A DNA stretch of 64,000 nucleotides, taken from NCBI GenBank assembly GCA_013265495.1, contig MU057560.1, positions 1 to 64,000 on the forward strand, read 5' to 3'. Made by a program: the position numbers and the translations under genes. The notes below the pieces were generated by a model. The model was not told the DNA's origin. It saw nothing but the letters and a program-made list of their open reading frames with translations, and did no database searches. Position 1 is the first letter of the stretch, and the number at the start of each line of letters is the position of its first letter. Below are positions 10,757 through 24,770 of this stretch, in pieces. Source of the stretch: Vicugna vicugna. Taxonomy: Eukaryota.

Positions 10757-13700
10757 GATGATCAATAGATTTAAAGAAATGATTCTACACAGATGGTTTC
10801 TCTCTTAGCCCAGGTTCAATGGATACATAAACCGAGGCTGATGGAAACAGGCTTTGTAACTTTGTCGCAGAGCCATGAGGCTCCGCCCGATGCCGCCTTG
10901 AGGGGAGGAGATTCTGAAACGGGAAAGGCAGGCAACTCCAGGTGGCAAGGACCACTTACCTGAGCTTAGGGGCTGCTTTCCTGCCCGAAGTCTGGGCCCT
11001 GGAAGGGAGTTCGGTCCAAGCCTCCTGGGGGCAGAGCTCTCGGAAGTGACAGGACTTGTGATGAGCACGACCTTACTCCCTTCATGGAACCAAATTTGTC
11101 ATCATATTCTGTCTAATATGTGAGCCCTGAAACACGGATCTCCAGTGCCAGTCTTCTGAGAAGGACGGAAGCAGTGTCATTTGGGTGCCTGGTAAGGAAA
11201 AGCCTGCGGGGAGCACTGTCACCAGGGGTCCGTGTTGGCGGGACAGATTCTGCTCTCTGACACAAGGCTGGACTTCTAAGGCAGAAATCAGAGGCTCCCG
11301 ACTTCAAAGACATCTTTAAGGCACTGAGCCCCTTTTAAAAGAAAGATAAATAGCTTCAAAATATACTTTACATGCGAATAAACTTGTCAAGCACATTAGC
11401 CTGCATTAGTAAGTTGGATTTGAGCATTTCCCATTGCAGGGAGTAAATTTTTAACATGTGTTCGGGGGTGATAAGAGCTGTGCCTGTTCACTGATTTCTC
11501 CGTGTACATCAATTACAGGATAGTCCGGTGTCGCGTGGAGATCCGGGACAGAGCAAACGCAGTCCCACCGCCGGCTCATTTGCACGTCAATGCCAGACCA
11601 GGGCTCTTCAATTACTTGGCTCTTGTCTGAGCTCCCAGAACAAGTGAAAAAAAAAAAAAAAGACATATTTGTGGATCTAGAATTTCTTTTGTCCACTTGT
11701 GTCTGTGTCTGCATGTGTATCTGTGTGTATGTGTATATGTATGTATATGTATACTTTTAGCTCATATTAATATAAGAATGTGAGGTTCTGGAATTTTTTA
11801 TCCTTTTACTGTGCATTTGATGCAGTAGTAACTGTAATAGTGGTTTACCATTTGGATAAAAATGGACAGAATTGTTCATGAGGCTTCTGGCAGAATGTCT
11901 TAAATTTTATCTATCAGTTCTGAAGGAAAATGCCAGGACTATCTCAGCAGCACTGATGCTTTTCAAGCCAAATCTTCCGTCCCCACTGCCTCCCCCAATG
12001 AACTAACCCAAGAATAACCCCAACCCACGCTGTTTTCTCATATTAATGCCCCAGGAAGAGAGACTCTGTTTTTCAGCTGGACTAGTTGTCACTATTGAGA
12101 TGTACTTGGTAGCAAGTGAGGAAACCGAACTGGCCTCTAATTGGACATGCATTTGCTGGCCGGCTGCAGGGGACAGCTGGGGTTTTGCTCTGCTCGCCAC
12201 CCCTCCCTGTCTTTTCCTGGAAAGAGCACCTCCTTCCTTTGAGGAACACGCCCTCCCCCTCTCCTCGGGTCACCCCTTGTTCTCTGTTCTGGCCTGAGTG
12301 GTAAACACGGGGATGACACAGGCCCCAGGGAGACAACCCCGTGGATTTGCTACGTGGGCTCTGGGAGAAAGATGGCGTCCCTGGTCCAGACCCCGGAGGC
12401 CGAGATGATGGAAACCTGCATCCTTCAGGGTTCCCGCATCACAGGGAGGGCGGAGGATGACGGTGTTTGTCACTGGAAAATTGCGTCGGCCTGATGGAAG
12501 GACGGACACTGAGAGAAACAGGGAGAGAACGCTGATGACACCATAACTGGAGTCCGCCAAGTCAGCCCCAGTCTTAAACTTCTCACTGAGTGTGACGGGA
12601 CAAACGTGGATTTTGGCTTGAGTGACTCTGAATTGTGTCAGGCACTAGGTACTGAGAGCGTGCAGAACGAGAGACCACCCTCCCGTATCACTGACCTTTG
12701 TGTATATAACGTTTATGATACGATTATATTAAATCATTGCTTCTAGCACATTATGGAAACTTCTGGAAACCTCTAAAAGGCATTGATGGTAACTCTCCCC
12801 CACACTTTCTTTCTCCTTCCTCCTTTTTTCTTTTTCATGTTGGGCACCAGAATATTGTTTTTGAATGTTAAAATTTAGGGTATTTAAAGACAGTAAAGAG
12901 ACTGACTTAACTAGTGTACGAAACAAAGCAGTCTATTGACTCATCAATGTGAGACCTGTACAAATGCACACAGTAACATTTCCATGTTGTCAACTGGCCT
13001 ATTTTAAGCTGTCGCCAGACACCTGAGTCCCAGCCTGGCCCAGACGCTGCACCACCCACAAGTCCCGGGGGGGCTCATGCCCCAGGGAGGTGAAGAGTGC
13101 ACAGAACCCGTCAGGGTGAGCCAGCTCACTAGCAGCCGTCTTTAGCCCAGGAGCAGAGAAAACTGGGCTGGACAATGTGGAAGATTTTATTTTCCTTTCA
13201 TTTGTTTAAGAAACACATATTTTTAAAGCAAGACTTGCATATTTACCCCTTGGAGTTTGTTGCTCTGCTAAGTTTAAAGCTGAGTGCTTTCACCTTGGAT
13301 GATGTGAAATACAGGCTTTTGCAAGCACCTCCTCAACTGTGTTTCTGTTTAAACATAACATTTTCCCTTTGCATTCACACTTGATACATTCACACCGGTG
13401 CTGAGGGTGCTCACCAGGTTGTTTGTCTGTCAAACGGAATGACACTAAGTGTCTGTGCATTCATTGTGCACAGCTTCTTTCTCAATTACAAGGGGTGGGC
13501 CAGGGAGAGGCAACTGTGAACTACCTGGTGATTATCTGCATCCTTTGTTGTCAGGAGACAGATCTGTCCTTCCTTGATTTGTCATTTGGGTGCTGGACTC
13601 ACTTCTGTGAATGTCGGGCAGGACTCCAGCTGCAACCCAGGGTCTCAGGTGTCTAGGAAGGCAAGAGCCTTCTGTGCTTGGAGTGGATGTGAAGACCCTG

Positions 13701-14659
13701 GACCCTACACGCTCGCAGGCAGAGCAGAAGGAGGCCTTCAGAGGAACTCGCTTCCCTCAGTGGGGGCCAGGCTGCTGAATCCCGCCTACCGCAGTCATGA
13801 TGGGGAGCATCGGGCCTGACAGCGGAGGGCTGTTCACAAGTCTTGTGCAGGGGAAGGGGATTCTTGGAAACCACTGAGCTCTTGGACAAATCCATCCATC
13901 TTTGAGAAGGGTGCGGAGCTGCACCTGGCCTGCTTCCCAAGGCCTCGTCAGCATCTCTGGGATAAGGGCATCGTCCCAGTCTGCAACCTGGCCTTTCAGG
14001 GCTGCCCTACCGTCAGGATACAGCCACTCCAGCAGGAGTCCGGGAATTAGAATAAAAGCTTGGTTTTTTTTTTTTTTCCTTTTTCTGTAATCAATAAAAC
14101 CAAATGCGTTCACAGTCACTGAAAAACTCTAATGGTGTTATTCATCAGCAGAGTAAAATCCCCATAGCAGACCTGGAGCTGAGAAGGACCTTAAATTGCA
14201 ATATTATCCGTGGCAATGCGGACAAGCCCCGCAGCGGAACCCGAGAGCCCGGGATCTTTCAAAACGTGAAGACTTCACTGTGATGACACCATGTCTTCTC
14301 CCCCTTCTCTCCCAGTCCAGTGCCGTCCAGAGGGTCCTTTTCCTTCCTTGGAAGCTCCTCTCCATCTCCTTTGCTCTTTCCTCCTCTTTCCCTCCTTCCT
14401 GAGGGGCGGGGTCCCTCATCTCGGCCCTGGAGCCTCCTCCCATCCTTTCTTTTCGGCGATCCCATGCGAGACTGAAACTTTAATGGGCTGCAGTGCTGAC
14501 ACTTCGTGTCTCTTCCCACTTTGAACTCCAGGCTCCCGTCTCCAGCTGCCTTCTTGATCCCTTGACCGCCCCTGGAGTCTCCAAGGTCACCATGCAGCCT
14601 ATCCCCCCAACCCCCCAAACCTGACAGTTAGTTACCTTAGAATTTCTCTTTTGTCACCA

Positions 14660-15400
14660 TCATCTCCAGCCCAGAGCCAAGTTCTGCAAGTTTCACCATC
14701 AAGATGAATCCCACATTCAAAATGTACCTCCACCACCCCTGCTACCAGCATCCTTGTCAAAGCCACCATCGTCTCCTGCTTGGTGGCTGCAGTGCCGGGG
14801 TAACTGGTGTCCCTATTTTTATTTTGTTTCCACTCTTTCTCAGTCCCGACTGTCTGGACCCCATTTTCCTGGACGTATAAGATAAAATAATCGCTTTTCA
14901 AATTCAAAGAACCATGCGACACCACTTTGATCCAAGCCCTCCAGAGGCTTCCTTGTAATTAGACTGAAAACAAAATGCTCCACTGTGGTCTGTGGACAGT
15001 CTGCCTCCTTGGCCACTCTCCGTCTCCCTCCTAGTCTCCTGCTCAGACTCCAGGACCCCTCTGTGGGCCAAGCTTGTTAGCATCCCAGGCCTTTAGAGGA
15101 TGTGCTCCTGGCCCGAGAAGGTCTGCATCTGCGTTTTCTTCCAGCTCTCAGACCTGACATGTCCATTGCCAAGAGGGCGCCCTTGACCTATGCGCCCGCC
15201 CCCACTTCCCGGGTGAGCAAATGCGGTCTCCCCTGCAGAACTTTTACGCTTCCGTTTCTTTATTTCACTTGTCAACATGAGAAATGATCTTCTTGCTTTA
15301 TTTTTGTATCAGTTAACTACTTGTTCTCCCACATAAGTGCCAGATCTGTTCACCCAGAATCCATGTCTGTCTTATTCACTGCGTGCCTTGGAGCCCTGCC
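14660..15400 (+). mobile_element. L2 LINE 3' region, decayed
   Basis: L2-type text: caaagccaccatcgtctcctgcttgg...gccctccagaggcttccttgtaattagactgaaaacaaaatgctcc...tgtctgtcttattcactgcgtgcc. Confidence 0.6.
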
Positions 15401-16194
15401 TGCCACCAGGCTGGCTTTCACGCGCATGGGCGGACGAGCGAGCGAGGGGAGGGGATAAAGTTGTAGAGCTGGGTGATCTCTGAGCGCCTGCGCAGCGCAC
15501 ACACATGCACACACACACGCAGAGCTGTCATTTCTTCATTAAAATGAGAAGTTGTGTCTTCAGTTCGTTTCCTCCGTTCACACTGCTGCTGTGACAGCAT
15601 CTAGAGGGGGTGCCTTCATCCCGCAGGATCCACTGGCAGATTGGAGGGGGCTTAGAGAAGAACACGGGATGATGGGACCAAAGAGGTTGATTTATGAGCC
15701 AAATTACACATGCATCCAGCCTGCCTGGAGCGCTGAGAAGCCCAGGCGGGAGGTTCTGTGTAAATTTTGGGAAATGCCCAGTTAGGACAGAGATGAATTA
15801 TTCAGCTCTGTGCTTGTGTCCGTCATTAGAGGCAGAACAGAGCCTGGGCTGTAGGCTGGGGACTTGTGCCCCGGGGACTGTCACGGCGGTCCTCGTGTCA
15901 CTGGACAGGGCATGGCACCAAGGAGAACATGAGGATCAGAGTGTGCTGCTCCCAGCACTTCCTAACGAGGCCAGGACTCCGCAAGTCTTTGAAAAAGAGG
16001 AAGAACACTTTGGAAAAGTGTCATCACTCTCTCTGTTCATTCTAATTCTTTAGCAATCAGCTGGCTCAAATTCAAATACGTATGAAGCTCAAAGTCAGCA
16101 CACACGGTCCCAAGTTTCGACTAAATGAAGTTTTTCAGGGGATGAAGTGTGAGTGGGTGTTTCTCTGCTTGTGACACACATGCACGGATGTGTG

Positions 16195-16680
16195 CCATTG
16201 CTGCTGTAACACGTTACCACGGCCAGCAGCTCAACAACGCAGACTTGTTCCTTTAAATCCGTAGGGTAGAAACACAGCACGTCTCCCTGCGCTGAGACCA
16301 GTGGGTCGGCGGGACAATGTTCCTCTCCGGCTGGAGGTGAATGCTTTCCTCGCCTTTTCCAGCTGCTAGTGGCGTCCCGAGTTCCTTGTCTGGTGGGACA
16401 TCTTCAAAGCCACCAAGGTCGATCTTGCTTGCCTCTTCAGTGGTCTCATTTCCCTCGAGTTCCCCTCTTTGCCTCCCTCCTCCCCTTTGAAGAACCTTTG
16501 TGATGACACCTGGCTCATTTGGGTAATTCAGGATGAATCTCCCCGTTTTCAGGTCAGCTGATGAGCACCCTGGGGTCCACCTGCCACCACCCTTCTGCTC
16601 GGCCCCCTCTCACAGCACGTTCGCAGGTTCTGAGAATTAGGACGTGGGCGTCTTTGGGCAGTGAATCTGCTGACCATGCA
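16195..16680 (-). mobile_element. MaLR LTR (MLT1D-like)
   Basis: attgctgctgtaaca...ccttttccagctgctagtggc...catcttcaaagcca...ctttgtgatgacac...taattcaggatgaatctcccc...aggttctgagaattaggacgtgggcgtctttggg. Confidence 0.75.
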
Positions 16681-18443
16681 CATTACAGGAGTCTGTGGAG
16701 ACGGCGGGGTTAGGGGATAGAGGCTGAAGGGGGTTCTCCAAAGCCTGGCTCTTCCACCTTAAACCCATGTGGAGCGACACTCACACATCTTTATTTGACA
16801 CCCATGATGGAAGTACAAGACTATAAATAATGAAGTTCTGGTTTTGTCAACATTCCAAATCTGCAAGGCGACATTTAAACCTTGGTAGGGTTTAACGTTC
16901 TTCTTCCAGCTCATGGTAGGAGGGTATATTCCATAGCGAAAAGAAGATGGTGTGTTCCTGTGGCAGCAATCAGCTTTCTGCATATTTTATTTTGTTCTTG
17001 AGTCTGTTTGTTTCGATGAGAGGAGTTTCTAATAAGCCGTGTTTGATACGAATAGTGGAAGGGACAAATTCAACTTATCTTCTGCATTAAAGTTCTATAT
17101 ACGTGCTCTCTTGCCAACTGTATAAAGCCATTTAGGCACTTTCCTGGAGTAATCGATGAAATGAAATCTAAAAAAAAAAAAAAAGAATTACGAAGATGTC
17201 TTTGTTCAGTTGCTGTAGGCAGATGACTTCTCTCACAGAAAAGAGAACATTCCTGGAAACAGATTTCATTAATTTCAAACAGCAAGTGCATGTATTTTTC
17301 AAAAGGGAAAAAAAAATAGCATTACTCACCCAAGCCAGCAACGCTACTGCACTAGGTTATTCATAAAACAGTGAATCTAGTTATTCCAATGAGCAGCACA
17401 AAATCTAATATAAGGTATTATTGCCACTTAAGTTATAAAAGGGGGCATGTGGTATCATGTGTGGGAACTGTTTGAGGCTGTAAAATGTAAAATATCTGTT
17501 TCCTTTAAAAAAAAAGCACTTTCAATGCATCTTAAGATTTCAGAAGAATAAAATGCAAAAATGGCTCGTACTTGAAGGCGAAAGTCCTCTGTTGACTAAA
17601 GATGCTTTCATTTTTATTGCAATTGAGGTTCTTGCTTTTTTTTTCTTTTTGGTAAACTTTTTTCCATCATAAGCTGATGCATGGATATATTTATAGTTCA
17701 GTTTCATTTAACTATGTTCATTTGTACTGATCTGTGACAGATTTATATGATCATAGATTCTCGGTGTCACTGTTGTATTATTTATATTTCTATAAATTAA
17801 GGCCATTATTATCAAAGATGGCCCCTGACAATAGCGTGCGGTGGTTGGAAATAGCATTTAATATTTCCTTCGTCCTGATGAATTCTCTGTAGATTGCGCC
17901 CTGACGCGGGCTAAGAAATCATTGTCTTTGCTGAAGAAAGGGAGGTCTTGAGTAATAATAATAATAAGTCACTAATGAAAGGCAAAAAACTTCAGGACTA
18001 TTTGTAGACGCAGGTTTTTAATCTTCCTAATGATAGCGCGGATGAGACGCAGATGGGAGCGGTAACACAGGGCTGATCACACCCGCAGGCCGGGCTCCTC
18101 TCCCCGCCCTGCGGGCGATTAGCCTCCAGGACGGATCCACGTCACGCGCTTTAAACCTCCCGCTCATCTCGGTGTTGGAGGGGACATCGCCACCAAACGG
18201 CTTGCAGGCGAGGGTTTTATGACAAACGAGGCAGCCAAGGCCCTTTCTCTCCCCAGCACCGATGACGCAATCAAGCTTAATCGGTGACTTCAGCGTGAAA
18301 CAGTTGATTTCTGGCGGTAGGACACAGTGAATTAATAATCATGCGCAGAGGACGGGCGTGAAAAAGACAAGGGGGAAACGGCGGCCTCAGACTGTCTGAG
18401 AGGTCCCTTTATAGAACCAGCCAGGTTGTTCAGCTGCTTTTCT

Positions 18444-18744
18444 TTTAACTGAAGCAGGGTCGTTTTACAATGTTGCGTTAGTTTCTGGTGCACGGCCTTG
18501 TGACGCCGTTATTCGTATATGTTCCTTCCATGTTCTTCTCCATTATAGGCCATGACAAGGTGTTGAATACAGTCCCCTGTGCTGCACAGTAGGACCTGGC
18601 TGTTCATCTGTTTTGTATACAGTGGTTAGTGTCTTCTAGTCCCCAGCTCCCAGTTTATCCCTCCCCGCCCCTCCCCCACTCCCCCTCCCCCCCCAGTAAC
18701 CTCAGGTTTACTTTCTGCATTTGTGAACCAGTTTCTGTTAAGTA
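18444..18744 (-). mobile_element. Cetartiodactyl/camelid L1 3' tail with 13 bp TSD
   Basis: Reverse L1 tail (tttacaatgttgcgttagtttctggtgcac...cccctgtgctgcacagtaggacc...C-rich tract), flanked by cagctgcttttct at 18431-18443 and 18745-18757. Confidence 0.9.
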
Positions 18745-21149
18745 CAGCTGCTTTTCTATCGTGAAGTTGAGGGGCTTACATGCAGTGAATTAAATTAATA
18801 TAGGGTAAATTCAGATTGCTATAATATATACATCTGCCGTCTGTCTGGCACGCAGTAACATAATGAGCATTTATTACGTGCAAGTTAGGATATTCGACGA
18901 AGTGGAAGAGTTAGACCCGCCAGCGTGGACTTGGAGCGGGTTTGCTGCTGGGCACTCACACGGTCGCACCCTAGGGCAGGGATCTCTCTGTGTTATCCGC
19001 GCTGGTTTTTCCTGTTCAGGTCAAGCTACCTGAGCAGCAGCTCATTAACAGTCGGCAGCGCTCTCTGGTATCAGCACAGAAACCATCTCAACTCCAAAAA
19101 TAAGGGGGGAAAGCAGTTTTATGCATTTAGTGTGCAGTAAAGTACCACAGACCATCAAGCGAGTCTCAGACCCAAGCGCCGTGCCCCACCTGGGTCCAGC
19201 TGCTCAGAGCTGATGAAGCCAAGGTGATGCTGCCGCAGGTGCTGCTGGCTGAGTGGGTGTGAGGTGAGGGGACGGGGAACCTCGGGGTGGTGATAGCAGA
19301 GGCAACTGCGTCTCGTCCCAGTTCCACTGCCTGCGCCCTGTGGCCCGGGAACCCTATTTAGCTTCTCCAAGCCTCCCTCTTCTCATTAGTGGTGTGGGGG
19401 CGGCTGTGGCCACCGGCGGAGGTCGAGGGGAGCACCCATGTGAGACCCCTCGTGCAGGCGCTCCCGCTCTCCGGAGACTCCCCTCCTCGCCCCATGACAC
19501 TGCACCTGGAGAAGCTCTTGGACTGTGCAACAAAGGGGAACTATTAACTCACTGCAGTGGGCAGCAGCCAAGAGACAAGGGAGACTCCAGCGCCACCAGA
19601 CCGTCGCCCGCATCTCACCCTCACCTGGTCTCAGACGTGGTCGCAGACTTTGTCTTCTCAGGGGTGTCACCCAGGGGTTCCCCAAGCTCAGAATGGAAAG
19701 CCTGATAGAAGGGGCAGTCTGAGCGATGTCTGCCTCTAAAGGGGTTCAGAGTCTCACTTAGGAATTAAGAGAGGGACTGGAACCTGTGTTGAGATGTACT
19801 CATCGTGGAAATGCGGACTCGCCCGCTGAGGCTGGGAACTGACTGAAACGGTGGTGGGAGGCGTGAGAGCCTCCGGTGGTGCCCTCCGTTCTGGCCTCTC
19901 AGCTGCACTCAGTGCTTCTGCACCACAGAGACGGCCGTTTCGTGCAGATGAGCCTCCGTCTGAAGGGTTAAAATGCCTTGGGAAATATTCCCTGTGGTTA
20001 TCTCCCATCTTTAACTATAAAGTTTATTTTGCCTTATATTTGGCACAATCTAAGAGTTCCCTCCTTATTTGGTTGTGGGTCACAATCTGTGAAGGTTTAA
20101 CCCTCTAGGGGACACATTAGAATTTAGAAGCAGAAGTTAGTAGGAAAAGTGTAAAGATGTCGTGAACTTGCATTTAAGAATTAGCTTCAGAAAACTTAAA
20201 ATACATCAAAAGTTAAAAGGTAACTTCTATGTATTTTAAGGGTCGCATTCTGTGGTATAGGCTGACCGTTGTGTAACGTTTCTGCTTAAGAATTTATCCA
20301 TAAGAATAGCTGATGTGGAATTTGCATTATAATTATCCTCAAGGCGTCACGGATCCCTGCGGGTTAACTGGAAATGCAAAGAGCACCTAGTTAGCAAGGG
20401 CTTGGCGGCAAACCATCTGGCTTGCACCTATCTTGCTTAAAAATGTGATCTTGCAAAACACGTGCGCGATGTACTGTACCAGGCCACTGGGGAGGACAAC
20501 CCGAGGTCCAGCCGAGGGTGCCGGGGTGATCTGGCGGGACGGATCTGATCATAGCACCCCTGCTGTACCACCTCGATTCTCTGTTTTAGACAGCCTCCAG
20601 TCGCGTCCTCACCAGGCATCCTGCTTGCTTCAGAAGCAGGCTTTGGACCGGATCCTGGGTGTCCATGGTGCATATTTTAACTACTTCAGTTTTGCATGAT
20701 TTCTTTTTATTTAATCATCAGTTTTCCTAAGAGCGGAGAGTCAAATAAGATACAAGAACTTTTCCCTTAGGAGAAAACGACCCGGTAGGCTCCTGAGATG
20801 TTTGTGTGAGACGGGCCTTAGAGCTGAGCCCCTGCAGGGCGCCCAGCCCCAGGGCAGACGCCACACCACAGGCTCACGGGGAGCCGTGGCGCCGGGATGT
20901 CACGTGTTGTGTGGGTGAGACCCTCCCCACTCGCACCAGGCATCAGGTCCCCAGATTTCACTGGGATTTCAAAGCCACCTATGATCTGAAAAGTCTAAAA
21001 ACCACTGATTCAAAACTTTGGACCTTTGGACAGGGAGGCATTACGTGGATGCAGGACTGGGGTCTGTCACTGGCTTGTCACTGTGCCGTCATCCCGAGGA
21101 CCTGTGCTCGAGTGTAGGGAGGTGGAGCCGTCCTTGCTCTGTCCCTCCA

Positions 21150-21290
21150 CGTCAGCTGGTTCTGTTGGGCAAATTCACTGAAAAGCCCCAGCCCTCATCT
21201 CCTTGCTCCATAAGTGAAGGTAGTAATGATGAACCCCCTTTAAAGGGCTGCTCTGGGGATCAAAAATAGAGTGTGTATGAAAGCCGACCA
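21150..21290 (+). mobile_element. MIR fragment
   Basis: ttgggcaaattcactgaa...ctccataagtgaaggtagtaatgatg...gggctgctctggggatcaaa...tgtatgaaagcc. Confidence 0.55.
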
Positions 21291-22814
21291 CAACGCGCTT
21301 CTAATTCTCAAGGAAAGATTTGGGAATCATCTCGGTTTTCAGCCCCCCTTTAGATATGAGGAAACCGCGGTCGTAGGCTGCATAGCCAGACCCCTCGCCC
21401 TCTGACTTCTGACTGCGGACATTCGCGGCCGCTCCCAGCTTCCCCTGATTACTTAATTCACTTCTGTTTCCTGAGAGCTTCCCTCGCTCACTTCATTAGG
21501 GAGCAGAGGAAGGATGCAGGCACACGAACCCTCTGTAACATGTGTTTTTCCTCTTATCTATTGACTCAACCCGCAGATAGCTCTGCCAGAAATGTCCAAT
21601 GGCTCCTTTGTCTAAAGAAGATTTCATATTGATCTTAATCTAATTAGCTGGCTTGAACTATGGTTTGTGTCAGGATCCCTGTCTTGATCCAATTAGCTAC
21701 TGCAGCTGAAGCAGCGTGGATCTGAAATCATAATTGCGGGTGTGCGGGAGCCTTCTTTCCCGCTGGGGTCGGTGACTGGATAGAGACGTTTCTTAACACT
21801 GCAAACCACTGACGGCTTAACTATGTCTGCTAAGTTGGCTCCCAGTTCTAGAAATGCCGTTGGACTTGAAGCCAGAGGCACCCGTGGCCTCCCACCTGGC
21901 TCCCCACTCTCTAGCCGTGTGCCCTGAGGCTAGCCAATCTCTTTAAACCTCATTTTCCTTATCTGCAAAATAGGCCTGGTTCTGAGGACCAAGTGGCGAG
22001 GTGGCTGCTACAGACGGAGCTCTAGCCTCGTGCCTGGCATGTGGTCGGCCGAACCTTCTTCTGACTCCTTTCCTCACTGGCATGTTCTCCTCCAGGTTTG
22101 GCTTCTCCCCTCCCCCCCATCCTCCCCTGCCTTCTTCCTTCTTGCAGCTTTCAATCTCACACACCCTGAAACATACTCAGCAACCACGGGCAGCGACGGC
22201 CACACAGGGCTGGACTCCCAGTAACACGTATGAGGACCGTCGAGGTGGGTGATGTTCCAGTCTGGGTGGAGTGAAAGCAAAGCCAGGGATTGTCTGGAGC
22301 CTGGACTTTGAAGAAACAGTAGAAAACATAAAGCCAAACGTGGGTGAGCTGATGAATCAGACTCAGCAGCTCCAGTGCGAGCAGGACCCATGGGGGTTGA
22401 CGACGCAGCTCCGGGCCACTGGGTCCCCCCGCACCTTCCCCACGGGCATCATTCTCCCCGGGGAGAATTTTAGTGACTTGTAACTTGGCTGGCTGGACAA
22501 CTATCCCTTATTCATTGTCATACACAGGGAGCATTTTACCTCAACTCATGTTCTTTCTTCCTTCCCTACTGTTCTGGCCTCGGCCTAGAGCCTTGTGGTT
22601 AATTAATGGTGAGTGGTGACCTTTGAAATTCAGATCAGCCTTCCAGCATGTTGCCTTTATAGAGGCAGAGAAAGCTTTCTCTTTTTCTTTCTTTCTTCCT
22701 TTATTTTTATCTTTGCTGCTTTATCATCAGGTCTTGAAAAACAGCAGGTCGGCATTTATTTTCCAGCTTTGGTTTTGAAATGTGGTTTACTTTTCCAAGG
22801 AGCCCTGAATGTTC

Positions 22815-22845
22815 TGTGTGTGTGTGTGTGTGTATGTGTGTGTGT
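22815..22845. repeat. (TG)n microsatellite
   Basis: tgtgtgtgtgtgtgtgtgtatgtgtgtgtg run. Confidence 0.95.
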
Positions 22846-24770
22846 AGCCAGACCATGATGTTGTCCAACTGCAGGTTTTGAATTCTGGCAAGTTTGCTAA
22901 CTGAGACCACATCTAGGAACTCATCATGGAAGCTCTCGCATTGAGAGAGCCCCGTCTTCTCCTTCTGTGAATGTAGGAAGCTGTTAATCATATGATTTTT
23001 AGGAAATACAAGTGTTACTGGTTAAGATCATAATTAGGGTAAACATTAGTATCACTTTCATTAACCACTCTTATCCTTACCCTAAGGTTAAAAAAAAAGA
23101 AAAGTTTGGTGTAGTTGAATTTATGAGATATAATCAGCTGCTAAAAACATAATCAAAGACATACACATTGACATTTTAAAAATTGTTAGGCATTTTACAC
23201 ACTGACGTCTAAAATCTTCAGAGCTAGAAAAGTTGTAGAACTAAAATCAAAAGCAGGCAGAAAAAAAACACACAAACTAAAAGCACAGGTATTCCAACAT
23301 GCAGACTTGTCTTCTTTTCAGTAAGCTGTGTTCCTTCTATTATGCCCACATATTGTCTACATGACTCATATGACATCTTCTAAAAAGCCTAATGTTAGTA
23401 GGGAGTGAAATTTTGGGAGGGAGGCACAGCTCACTTGCCTCAATGTACCTCCAGTGCATTAGAAATCACCACCATTAGTACCTTTCTTTGCGTTAATGCC
23501 CTGTCTCCAGGGGGCCCCAGGTATACTAACACATTAGAACCCAAGGACCATCCAATTACGTAGGAGACTGGATCAAGACGGGAGACAATACACATGGCCA
23601 ACTCTCTCCCACTCTCCCACCCCAAACCTTTCAAAATAGCAAAAAAGTGGTGTTTTAAAAATAATAGATTAGTGCTAAAAAGTAAGAAAGAATTGTCTTT
23701 CATTTTGGATTGCCCAGAAGTTTGAAGATCTCTACAAACTAAAAATCAGAAAGGGCTGGATTTACAGAGAAACAAGAGGCAGAAACCACAGTCCAAAGCA
23801 CACGGCATGTGACATTTAGCATGCCTTATTGCAAATGCTGTGATTACAAGTGCTCCGAGTGCTTCCGTGCAAGCTCCTGGTGTAGGCTGTGTGCTCACTT
23901 CCCGCTGTGCCCTCTCTCCATGTCTGAACCCCTTATCTGGTGCCTTAGGTAACGCAGTGCTCCAAACGCATCTTCACTTTTTGCTCAAAGTTGCCCTGAG
24001 GACTAGCTCAGTCCTCTCTCCCTGGAAACTAACACACTGAGTTTCCCCCCAGCTCATCCTAGGTCTACAAGGGTCTCCTCATAAGTCTGAACTTCCTACT
24101 CTTTACTTATCTGCCTTCTCCCTGGATTGGCTGCTAGAACTTTGGGTGTGGGATTTCCTTTGGAATCCAAGAGCTAATAAGGTGGGACAATACAGAGCGC
24201 CTGCCAGAGTGGGGTTAATCTCACCCCGAAACAGTTATCAATAAGCTTCTCCATTCTGCGAACGAGCTGATGTGTTCCTTTGAATTCATGATCCTCAGTT
24301 AATTTTGCAAAGCGTGCTGCTGGTTTGTCCTTGGTCTGTGCTTGTGTACATCGTGTGGCGAGGCTGGTAACACACTGGCCAGACGGAAGTCCACTGCTGC
24401 ACAGTGAACACTGGTCTGCTCTGCAAGCGCAAAGGCTAGAAGTCCCAGGGATGGTTCCACATCAGTGCAGCCCCTCGTGGTCTCAGCCAGCTCCAAGTTC
24501 AAGCGCCCCCTTGCCTCGCACACGCCTGCTTAGCCAGCCCTGCCCATCTGTCCTGCACTGCTGTGCTCAGGGGGCTTCATCCCAGCCCACCATCTGGCCG
24601 TCATCCTAGATTCTTCTCTCTGCCGTCGTCCTCTCCTCAACCAGTCTCCACACGGCTGGGGCTTGGCTGAACTCCTTCCCCTTCCCCTGTCTACCAGCAC
24701 CCTAGGTCAGAGCACACTTCTCCAACCATTTGAAAGCCAGTTAATGGTTTTTCTGCCTGAAATCTGATTT

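Noticed and set aside
12330..12640. Possible old MLT1-type LTR
   Set aside because: The resemblance is too weak to support a call without alignment.
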